Of a stretch of DNA of 64,000 nucleotides, positions 46,228 through 58,000 are shown piece by piece; position 1 is the first letter of the stretch, and every line of letters begins with the position of its first letter. The notes beneath the pieces were generated by a model, which did not search any database, was not told where the DNA came from, and worked only from the letters and a program-made list of their open reading frames with translations. Origin of the DNA: Hormiphora californensis. Taxonomy: Eukaryota; Animalia; Ctenophora. The stretch spans positions 8,184,001 through 8,248,000 of the forward strand of contig CM035353.1 of the NCBI GenBank assembly GCA_020137815.1, in the 5' to 3' direction. A program made the translations under genes and the position numbers.

Positions 46228-46411
46228 TTAATCAGATAAAGAATTCAACTTAAATGCATTGGAAAGTACTAAGAATTCTCTTTTGAAAACACTCGTTACA
46301 AGTCCTCTCATTTTGCCAGGAACCAGAGATATCATTACGAACGCGACCGATAAGACAGGAAGAAATCACAGTAAAAGTTAAAAAAAGGGGCAGAAAAGGG
46401 TCGCATGATAT

Positions 46412-46475
46412 CGAGAGAGGAGAAGAGAGAAGAGAGAGAGAGAGAGAGCGAGAGCGGAAGAGAGGAGAGAGAGAG

Positions 46476-46523
<48 letters not shown>

Positions 46524-46649
46524 GAGACGAGAGAGAGAGAGAGAGAGAAGAGCAGAGCGAGAGAGAGAGAGGAGAGAGAGAGAGAGCGAGAGAGCGAGAA
46601 GAGAGAGATCAGAGAGAGAGAGAGAGAGAGAGAGAAGAGAGAGAGGAGA

Positions 46650-46690
<41 letters not shown>

Positions 46691-46703
46691 CAGAGCAGAG
46701 AGC

Positions 46704-46778
<75 letters not shown>

Positions 46779-47125
46779 CTGAGAGAGAGCAAGAGAGAGC
46801 AAAGAAGAGAGAGAGAGAGCGAGAGCGAGTCGAAGAGAGAGAGGATCAGAGAGATAGAGAGAGCGGATGCGAGAGAGGCGGAGATAGACGATGATATAGA
46901 GATCTAGAGATATAGATATATCTCTCTATTCTATAGATCTCTATCGCTAGATATCGAGTCTCTCTATCTCTCTATCTCTCTCACTTCTCTCTCTCTCTTC
47001 TCTCTCCTCTCATTTCCCAAGATAAGCCGTATACCATTACCCTGCCGCTTGGAATTTGACTTGAAGTGAAAGAGATATTGATAAAATTGAAAGAGATATT
47101 GATAAAGAGATATTGATATAATTGA

Positions 47126-47160
<35 letters not shown>

Positions 47161-47725
47161 TAATTAAGAAAAAGAGAGAGAGAGAGAAATTTGATAAAAG
47201 AGAGAGAGTAACTAAATCGAATTAAAACTTATAAAAGTCAGGGAATGAAAAAGGTAATCACTTTAATCGCTTTAACCAAATGAGCCATTTCCATGTTAAA
47301 ATAACTGCAATCTAACCCATTTCATAACGTTTTATTTTGTTGACCTGGCTTGAGAGAAAGATACAGTTGAGTGCTATGGTGAGAAGATGGAGACGAGGAG
47401 AGAGACGAGAGAAGAGAGATCAGAGCAGAGAGGAGAGAATCCTGAGCGATGAGAGACGAGAGAGGAGAAGGAAGACGTGAGAGAGAGAGAGAGAGAAGAG
47501 GACGAGGCGAGAGAGGGAGAGAGCAGGAGAGAGGAGGAGGAGAGAGAGAGAGGAGGGGGGGAGTGAAGAGAGAGAGAGCGAGAGAGAGAGAGAGGAGTGG
47601 GATCGAGCGAGCGAAGGGGGGTAGAGGAGATAGAGAGAGATGGAGGTGAGCGAGAGAAAGAGGGAGGACAGAGAGAGTGTGTGTGTGTGAGAGAGAGAGA
47701 GTGGGAGAGAGAGAGGGAGGGAGAG
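46412..47725. repeat. Degenerate (GA)n microsatellite tracts
   Basis: GA-rich runs at ~46412-46900, 47130-47208 and 47390-47725. Confidence 0.85.
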
Positions 47726-48591
47726 AAAATAGGGATACTAGATAGCAGGCGAGCTGGGAGTGGCATTGTGTACACACGCAACTAGCACGACGTAACGCGC
47801 GGACGCCATTCTGATTCTTGGGGACCCAAGAGAGATCTCGCGCGCGAGCCCAGGAAAGCTTCGCGCGAGAAGGCACCCAGATTTTAACGCCGCCCGAGGT
47901 TTAACACCGATAATTTTAAACTTATTTATTACTACAGAACATGTAAACTCATTTTTATGTATAATTTTTAACTTTTACCCCCCAAATTGAAAAGCGCTGC
48001 CTTATCCCCGATCCCGCTTGCCAACTTTTATCTTGTTTAAAATTTTAAAATTTTAAATGTTAGATTTCAGCCTCCGCAGGCAGTATGTATCATGCAAGTA
48101 CCCCTGCACTGTCAACAGGGCCTGCAGAGTTTTATCCTGGTTACCGTTTAGAATCCGCTGAAGCCTGAAAAAACTGCTCGGGCCTCGGTGCCCGGGTGAA
48201 TGCCGAAAACAGCGACCCTTAAAATAGTCCAAAGTCCTCCAGGAGACTCACCGGAGGTTTAGCACGGCATGAGACAACAGCACCGATAGCAGAAGAAACA
48301 CTGATACCGCGCATGATATTCATGTGTGTCGTGTGATACGGGGGTATCTCAGCTCCTACTCTGTGTATCTCACTCACAACACAGTAGCACACGTGAAGAG
48401 CGCACGTGATATCGGTGTGTCTCCTGCAACGACCCGTAATGCCCGTAATGTCTTTGTCGTTAAATTTAAAACGGTCATATCTATTATCTCCAGTCGCTGA
48501 TATGACATAGACTTCCCTGTTCCAAGACATTTCTATCTATATCTGTGACCCCCTTAAATGATAATGACCCCATGATGTTATCTTTAGGTTC

Positions 48592-51500
48592 ATGGCTTCA
48601 AGTTTACCAACGCTGCAGAATCTCATTCGTCGAGATCCAAAGTCATACAAAGATGACTTTGCGGTGCAGTATGAGTATCTCAAATCCAAGATAACCCTCT
48701 TTTTCGTTTCTCCCTCGTCGGAATTAAACGATGAGATCTCTGAGCTGATTATGTTTGTGGCTCATTGCCTCAAGTGCTACCCCTCCTTCCAAGAGGAGTT
48801 TCCTAAAATGTTGGAAGATCTTATACGGAAACACAACGGTATCCTGCCCTCCGAGTTCAGGCATATTATCTGCAAGGCGTTGATCATCCTCCGTAACAGA
48901 GATCTCTATCAGCCGGTCCTGTTGATGAAACTATTCTTTGAACTGTTGGGATGCCCAGATAAAACCCTTAGGGAGCTGCTAAAGTCGCACATTATAACGG
49001 ATATCAGAAACATCAACCTGAAGCACTCTAATAATAAGATGAACAGGGCCATCCAGACCTTTATCCACACCATGCTGTTCAAGGCATCCCCCGTGGCCGC
49101 TAAAATCGCTATACAGATCATGATTGAGCTGTACAAGAAGAGGATCTGGAATGATGCCAAAACTGTGAACATCATAGCAGGTACATATTTTTGAGAGGTC
49201 CATCTCTTTCTATCTCTCCCTTTCTTTCTTTCCTTCTCTTAAGTTTATTGATACCCAATTTAAGATTTAACTCCCTGATCATCTCCCCTCAGATGGATGT
49301 CTATCCACCAACAACAAGGTTATGGTGACTGCACTCAAATTCTTCCTAACCAACGACCCTAACACGGCTGAGGATGACGCTGAGTCGGATGGGGAGGAGG
49401 AGGAAAAAAAGGAGAAACAGAAGAAGATGGGGCATCTCATGAGAACAGCAGGGGTAGGTCCCAGGAAAAGTTATATAACATGTCACAACATGAATGATGA
49501 TCATGTCACACGTGATTTAATATTTGATATGTAGCTTGATGATGTCAGGATGTGTTTTGACTTCCCTTTCCAGGATTACTAATCCACATACCTCTCTCAG
49601 TACACTAAGAAGGCACGAAACAAGATGAAGAAGTTGGAACGTGCCCGGCTGATTCTACGGAAGGATGCGAAGAAGAAGAGAGCCCCTGAGGGTGTCTTTC
49701 TTGCGATTCATCTTCTCAACGATCCTCAGGTACATCCGACATTATACCAGTAGTATACATGTCAGTTGTAAAGTTCATAACATCTGTACAGAAAGGGTAC
49801 AGAATATCATTACCATTCCAAAGTGCACAAAATGTAATTTGTAAGCAATTAATTTGTCTGTAATCTTGACCTAACGACCCCCCTCCAGACCTTTTCGGAG
49901 CGGCTTTACAAGCAGCTAAGTAGGCTAACAGATAAGTTTGATATAAAGCTGATGGTGCTGCAACTGATAGCAAGGGTAGTGGGTATTCATCAGTTGTTCC
50001 TGTTCAACTTCTACCCTTATCTACAGAAGTGAGTTCAGATAGTTTAAACTTTAGGTGTGTATCATACCCCCAGTGTTACCTTTTTGAGCACCATTACTCC
50101 ACATTTTTAGAGCAAAAGTATATTTACCAATTGATACCATCATCACATAACCACCATCACCACCCCCATCACTATTTCCAGGTATTTGAACCACTCCCAA
50201 GTACAGTGTACTAAAATCCTAGCTGCCACAGCTCAGGCTTGTCATCAACTAATCCCACCCGATGTTATAGAACCTGTCATCCGACACATAGCCAACACTT
50301 TCATATCAGGTGATTAGGTGATTAGATGATCAGGTGTGAGGTGATTAGTGGTCACTGGCCAAGTGATTAACTAGTGGGGCTACAAAAATGAGCCGTTAAT
50401 TAGTCGCTCAAAGTTTTTGAAGACTAGGACGTCGTTGCTAAAATTCCAACCCCCCATATCTCAGATCATCAAACGGCAGAAGTAATGGCAGTGGGTATAA
50501 ATGCTGTTCGTGAGATATGTGTGCGGTGCCCCCTGGCTATTGACAAAGATCTCCTTCAAGATCTGGCACTATATAAGAAGCATAATGATAAGGGAGTTAG
50601 TATGGCTGCCAGATCTCTTATCTCTCTATTCAGGACTATCAACAAGACAATGCTTGCTAAAGTCGATCAGGTAATGATTACTGTACAAATTTAGGTTTTT
50701 GTGCAATATCCAATTTGTCCTTAATTTTGATTTTGGCCCTCATCCAGTGTACACCTCATTGTATTGTACACCTCATCCAGTGTACACCACATTGTATTGT
50801 ACACCTCATTGTATTGTACACCTCATTGTATAATGTATAATTATAGGGACGACCTGGGGATGAGGAGATGTCATACGAACTTGCAGAATACGGAGCCTCT
50901 AAACCTATGGAGACCATACCTGGTTCGTATTGTGTAAACTGTTTTGGTGCTTTAGCTCGCCTACCTTCCCCATTTCCCTGCCGATAGGAACCTGGAGGAC
51001 CGAGGACAATTCGACATTCGTGTTTCTCACACCCCGATCTCTCTCCTCAAGGTATTGAGTTCCTCAACTCGTCTGATGAAGAAGGATGTTGTGATGAAGA
51101 AGAAGAAGAAGAGGAGGAGGAGAATGTGGGGCTAACAGAGGGTGCATCCGGGAGGAAGAGGAGGCGTGTATCAGAAGCTTCCGATGGTGCAGCTCCAAAG
51201 AAAGCCAGAAAAACATGTGCAGGTAAGTTGATAGCAAACAGCCAACAGGGTTTGAGGGTTAATAACCAACTTTCTCGGGCTGTTCTCTCTCACTTTAATA
51301 ACAGTTGATACCGAGATGTACAAATAAGATCCACGGACCACAGTATGTCTCTGATCTCCAAACCACCCCCCCTTCCAGAATCTAGCTGCTGCAGCGGTAA
51401 GAAAGCCCGGACAACATCTGAGAGTAGTGTAGGTGGAGGTGGTAAGAGACCACGAACTATGTCGGAGAGTAGTGCGAGTAGCAGAAGCAAACAGAGACTT

Positions 51501-52524
51501 AGGAAGATTAGCAGAGAAAGGACTACCTCAGAAACCTCTAATACAACCAATGCCAGCAGCAAGGTATGAAATGAGATATGGAATAAGTTTCTGTAGCTGA
51601 ATTAACAATGATAAGGTGTCTTACTATAACACGTTCTGTTTATGGCGACATTCGCTGTCCCCTTCACTGTTGTGTCAATACTTTAATCGATCTATTACTG
51701 CAGGTAAAGAAGAGTGCCCAGGAGTGGATGACAGAGAAAATCTTAACAGAGGAGGACTACCAAAGAATTGAAGAGAAACGTCTGGAGTGGCTAATGCAGA
51801 GTAAGATAATAATTCGCATCATTCAAATATTGAAATATATTGACATTTTCGCGTTGTGAACCGATATTAGATTACCCATGTGATGTTCTAACTCTCTTTT
51901 AGAGCTGAGAGGGTTGAGCAATGGGACCATTTTGTTTCATAACACTATGTTCCCCAGGCAAACAACAGAGAAAGGGTGGCAAGAGACAGAAGAGTCCTGA
52001 ACGTGAAACTGAGGGTGACATTCTCAATCCTGCAAACATAGAACACATTGCAAAGCACAAGAAACAGACCTAAAGAGGAACGTTTAGAGACGATTAAACA
52101 AGGAAGACCTGACAAGAAATTCGGGTATGTGTGAATTTTACCCTCCCAATTCTATCCTTTCATTCACCTCTTTTCTTGTTATGTGGAGCGCACGGAAAGA
52201 GGGTCGAGCAAGGCAACTCTCTTCCATCCCCATTTCCAATCTACAACCCCCCCTCCCTAAGTTTATCCCATATACTATCCTGACGTACTCACCCATCATG
52301 TCCTGCCTATAATCATCTCACATGTCCTAACCACCACCCCTTCCTACAGTTTCAAGAAGGATAAGATGAACCCGTACGCTAGTACGAACAATGCCGATAA
52401 AAGAAAAAACAAGAACTTTATGATGATGGTTCATAAGAGAAGTGTCAGGGAGAGGGGCAAGAAGAGCTTCGTGGAGAAACAAAGGGAGCTCAAGAAGCGG
52501 CTGGTAAAGGGCAACAAGAAGTGA
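48592..52524 (+). CDS. SDAD1: SDA1 homolog (60S ribosome biogenesis), multi-exon, with an apparent 1-nt insertion at ~52071
   Basis: [79 protein letters not shown], and C-terminal [15 protein letters not shown]. Confidence 0.93.
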
Positions 52525-52960
52525 TAGTTTGGTTGGTGGTGGTTTGTGACGTGTAACAATAACTATCATCGGGAGTAGGTTTCAATTCCCTGAATATCTT
52601 AGTGTGACATGAGTACGGGCGGGGGGGGGGGGATATGTTATCGCGTGGTGAGTATTTTGACAAGTTTTAAGTGAGTGTAACAGAGCTGTTTTATTGTACT
52701 AACTTATTGGCATCTGTCATGGTATTAACTTATTGGCACCTTTCATTAACTTATTCTGGAATTGGGTTCAATTTTAATACACCTTGTTATTATTGTGTAT
52801 ACTGTCCCCACTCCCCCTTGGTCCCCGTCGCGTTACCCGCCCCTAGTTGTCACTTGTCGGCCCGGTTCGCAGACAACAGTCTTTTATGAGACAACCCCCT
52901 AGTAACCAACTAACTCCCATTATCACAACCCCCTAAAGTAACCTCGAATTCCCATTACTA

Positions 52961-53076
52961 CAACTCCCTGCTCCCAATTATAACTCCCCTTATTATCTCA
53001 ACTCCCTGCTCCCAATTATAACTCCCCTTATTATCTCAACTCCCTGCTCCCAATTATAACTCCCCTTATTATCTCA
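52961..53076. repeat. 38-bp tandem repeat x3 immediately upstream of the helicase acceptor and start codon
   Basis: CAACTCCCTGCTCCCAATTATAACTCCCCTTATTATCT at 52961, 52999 and 53037. Confidence 0.9.
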
Positions 53077-53089
53077 CCTAGCTGGTGTA

Positions 53090-55004
53090 ATGTCGGTGGA
53101 GGTGCAGCAGCAGTCTCCACCTACCCAGCAGGAGAAGTTATGTCCCCACTTCAAGGAGGCAATACACTTCCAACTGAACCGGTTCAACGAGGATCTAGAT
53201 GAGGAGGTGGGTGTGTGATTTTGTGTAATATACGATAAACTGTTCTCTCCCAGCAGTAAATACTGCATTAACTACTACATAATAAAATAGTACCAATATT
53301 CCCCCAGGTGCTGCGTTTCCCCAGCTCCTTTGACCCAAATGAGAGGGCCCACATAGTAGAGGAGGCCACTAAACTAGGTCTAATAGCCAGGGAATCAGGA
53401 CGTAATGAGAACAAACATGTGGCTGTCACCCGACCCGTGGATTATACTGAGGTACGTGTCACAATGTCTTGATATGTAATAAATGGGACAGTGAGATGTT
53501 TGACCCCCCACCTATGGTAATATGTTATTTTCTACAACAGTGTGACAAAGAAAACTTGAGACTGAGAGACACAAGCCAGAATCTAATTCACACACTACTC
53601 CGTGATTTGCCTGTCAAACAAACGGAACTATCTGATTTACAGGTACAGAGAATAAATCACGATACATAGAACCACATTAATGGAAAATTCTTCTAACTTT
53701 GTTTAAAGATTAAACTCTACAAACTCTTCTAAAATCTTCCTTCTGGTGATCTGGATGAAGTGTGAAACAATTGATTTGTAATCTTCTTGTTTTTACAGGC
53801 TCAGGTTGAGTACCCTGCTGGTGTAGAACAACCAACCAACGCATCCAATGAACAAAAGTAAGTACATCCCACTGCAACTGCTACAGGCCCCTCATTTTCA
53901 TTAAATCCAATACTGTGTCTTCAGTGTCCCAATGTGACAGAGAGCTTGACACACTCTCAGGTGGCATGTCGTGGGGCGCGCTGGGTTCTACCGCGCGTTT
54001 AAATTACACCATTTCAGCATTTAGCCAGTGCGCTCTAACGCACATGGTAAACTGTGTGTTGTACACGCGGGGTGGCGGTGTGAACCCCCAGTGTGATTGT
54101 GTGTGATTGTGGGTGTGATCAGTCAATCAGTGTGTTAATTGTATGTTTTAATTGTGGGGTAAAATGTATGCCTGTAATCTAATGGAAGTTTGATAATTTA
54201 TTAGGCAAGTAACCTCTAATGCTAAATACTATATTCTCCCTGACAGATTTAAGGACATGAATCGCCGACAGATGGGTAAATTGTTTAACGCTAGTTCTGC
54301 TGCGGTTACCATACCCTCTCGACCTCAAACAAATGATGTAAACTATCTGGAAGGTAGGGTCTAGGAAATGGAAAGAAGATGGGTCACTATCTCTCAACTT
54401 GGTATTGCGTTTTGAAACATTGACCCACAGATTAATATTGACTATATTTTAGCACGACAGCGTCTCTTGATTTGGGAGAAGAGAGATGTGATATTGCGGA
54501 CTATCATGGAAAACCAAGTAACTATCATATCTGGAGATACTGGCTGTGGAAAAACAACGCAGGTAACACACTCTATCTTCATCTCTATCTTTCTTTATCT
54601 ATCTATCTTCTCTTCTCTTCAGGTACCACAGTACATATTGGAGGAGGCGGCTGCAAACCAGTCCCACTGTTTCATGTATGTCACCCAGCCACGACGAATA
54701 GCAGCAATCGCAGCTGCGGAACGTGTTTCTCAGGTTAGAATGGGACGCTTAGAAAAGTACAACAGTGTAACAAATAGCTTATATTCGCACCGATGCCAGG
54801 CTACTAGTTACAAAAGACAATCCAATTAGCTACATGCTAATAACTCATTACTATCAGGAGCGAGGTGAGAGAGTTGGTACAAGTGTTGGTTATCAAATCC
54901 GTCTGGAATATCGAAGCACACAGAAAACTGTGCTAACATACTGCACCAACAGCGTCTTACTGAGGGCCCTGATGTTGGCAGGCCCCCATGAGTGTCTAGA
55001 ACAG
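53090..55004 (+). CDS. YTHDC2: 5' exons of an R3H-domain DEAH-box RNA helicase (YTHDC2-like); gene presumably continues beyond the window
   Basis: R3H-like [22 protein letters not shown]. Motif [17 protein letters not shown], Ia [16 protein letters not shown] and [13 protein letters not shown]. The YTH domain is not visible, so a DHX36-type relative is not excluded. Confidence 0.75.
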
Positions 55005-55069
55005 GTAATAACTCACACAACCCTGCATCGGTCAATTCTTCTTAATACCATTATTTAAACCTAATTAAA

Positions 55070-58000
55070 CTTCTCAGAAATTTTCCCAATTTGACCCTCC
55101 TAATCTCTAAGAAACTTTCCCAGTTTGACCCTCCTAATCTCTAAGAAACTTTCCCACTTTGACCCTCCTAATCTCTAAGAAACTTTCCCACTTTGACCCT
55201 CCTAATCTCTAAGAAACTTTCCCACTTTTACCGTCCTAATCTCTAAGAAACTTTCCCACTTTGACCCTCCTTATCTCTAAGAAACTTTCCCGCTTTGACC
55301 CTCCTAATCTCTAAGAAACTTTCCCACTTTGACCCTCCTTATCTCTAAGAAACTTTCCCACTTTGACCTGATCTCTAAGAAAGTTTCCCACTTTGACCCT
55401 CCTAATCTCTAAGAAAGTTTCCCACTTTGACCCTCCTTATCTCTAAGAAAGTTTTCCACTTTGACCTGATCTCTAAGAAACTTTCCCACTTTGACCCTAC
55501 TTATCTCTAAGAAACTTTCCCACTTTGACCTTCCTAATCTCTAAGAAACTTTCCCACTTTGACCTGATCTCTAAGAAAGTTTTCCACTTTGACCTGATCT
55601 CTAAGAAAGTTTCCCACTTTGACCTGATCTCTAAGAAAGTTTCCCACTTTGACCTGATCTCTAAGAAAGTTTCCCACTTTGACCTGATCTCTAAGAAAGT
55701 TTCCCACTTTGACCTGATCTCTAAGAAAGTTTCCCACTTTGACCTGATCTCTAAGAAACTTTCCCACTTTGACACTCTTTATCTCTAAGAAAGCTTCTCA
55801 CTTTTACCCTCCTTATCTCTAAGAAACTTTCCCACTTTGACCTGATCTCTAAGAAAGTTTCCCACTTTGACCTGATCTCTAAGAAAGTTTCCCACTTTGA
55901 CCCTCCTAATCTCTGAGAAAGTTTCCCACTTTGACCCTCCTAATCTCTAAGAAAGTTTCCCACTTTGACCTGATCTCTAAGAAAGTTTCCCACTTTGACC
56001 TGATCTCTAAGAAAGTTTCCCACTTTGACCTGATCTCTAAGAAAGTTTCCCACTTTGACCTGATCTCTAAGAAAGTTTCCCACTTTGACCTGACCTCTAA
56101 GAAAGTTTCCCACTTTGACCTGATCTCTAAGAAAGTTTCCCACTTTGACCCTCCTAATCTCTAAGAAAGTTTCCCACTTTGACCTGATCTCTAAGAAAGT
56201 TTCCCACTTTGACCTGATCTCTAGTAAAGTTTACCACTTTGACCCTCCTAATGTCTAAGAAAGTTTCCCACTTTGACCCTCCTAATCTCTAAGAAAGTTT
56301 CCCACTTTGACACTCTTTATCTCTAAGAAAGCTTCTCACTTTTACCCTCCTTATCTCTAAGAAACTTTCCCACTTTGACCTGATCTCTAAGAAAGTTTCC
56401 CACTTTGACCTGATCTCTAAGAAAGTTTCCCACTTTGACCTGATCTCTAAGAAAGTTTCCCACTTTGACCTGATCTCTAAGAAAGTTTCCCACTTTGACC
56501 TGATCTCTAAGAAAGTTTCCCACTTTGACCTGATCTCTAAGAAACTTTCCCACTTTGACACTCTTTATCTCTAAGAAAGCTTCTCACTTTTACCCTCCTT
56601 ATCTCTAAGAAAGTTTCCCACTTTGACCTGATCTCTAAGAAACTTTCCCACTTTGACCTGATCTCTAAGAAAGTTTCCCACTTTGACCCTCCTAATCTCT
56701 GAGAAAGTTTCCCACTTTGACCCTCCTATTCTCTAAGAAAGTTTCCCACTTTGACCTGATCTCTAAGAAAGTTTCCCACTTTGACCTGATCTCTAAGAAA
56801 GTTTCCCACTTTGACCTGATCTCTAAGAAAGTTTCCCACTTTGACCTGATCTCTAAGAAAGTTTCCCACTTTGACCTGATCTCTAAGAAACTTTCCCACT
56901 TTGATACTCTTTATCTCTAAGAAAGCTTCTCACTTTTACCCTCCTTATCTCTAAGAAACGTTCCCACTTTGACCTGATCTCTAAGAAAGTTTCCCACTTT
57001 GACCTGATCTCTAAGAAAGTTTCCCACTTTGACCCTCCTAATCTCTGAGAAAGTTTCCCACTTTGACCCTCCTAATCTCTAAGAAAGTTTCCCACTTTGA
57101 CCCTCCTAATCTCTGAGAAAGTTTCCCACTTTGACCCTCCTAATCTCTAAGAAAGTTTCCCACTTTTACCCTCCTGATCTCTAAGAAACTTTCCCACTTT
57201 GACCTGACCTCTAAGAAAGTTTCCCACTTTGACCTGATCTCTAAGAAAGTTTCCCACTTTGACCTGATCTCTAAGAAAGTTTCCCACTTTGACCTGATCT
57301 CTAAGAAAGTTTCCCACTTTGACCTGATCTCTAAGAAAGTTTCCCACTTTGACCTGATCTCTAAGAAAGTTTCCCACTTTGACCCTCCTAATCTCTAAGA
57401 AAGTTTCCCACTTTGACCCTCCTAATCTCTAAGAAAGTTTCCCACTTTGACCTGATCTCTAAGAAAGTTTCCCACTTTGACCTGATCTCTAAGAAAGTTT
57501 CCCACTTTGACCTGATCTCTAAGAAAGTTTCCCACTTTGACCTGATCTCTAAGAAAGTTTCCCACTTTGACCTGACCTCTAAGAAAGTTTCCCACTTTGA
57601 CCTGATCTCTAAGAAAGTTTCCCACTTTGACCTGATCTCTAAGAAAGTTTCCCACTTTGACCTGATCTCTAAGAAAGTTTCCCACTTTGACCCTCCTAAT
57701 CTCTAAGAAAGTTTCCCACTTTGACCTGATCTCTAAGAAAGTTTCCCACTTTGACCTGATCTCTAGTAAAGTTTACCACTTTGACCCTCCTAATGTCTAA
57801 GAAAGTTTCCCACTTTGACCCTCCTAATCTCTAAGAAAGTTTCCCACTTTGACCTGATCTCTAAGAAACTTTCCCACTTTAACCCTCCTAATCTCTAAGA
57901 AACTTTCACACTTTGACCCTCCTAATCTCTAAGAAAGTTTCCCACTTTGACCTGATCTCTAAGAAAGTTTCCCACTTTGACCTGATCTCTAAGAAAGTTT

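Noticed and set aside
46412-46990. GA tract turning into a TC tract as a possible foldback
   Set aside because: Irregular and noisy, consistent with low-quality consensus over a microsatellite. No defined arms or TSD.
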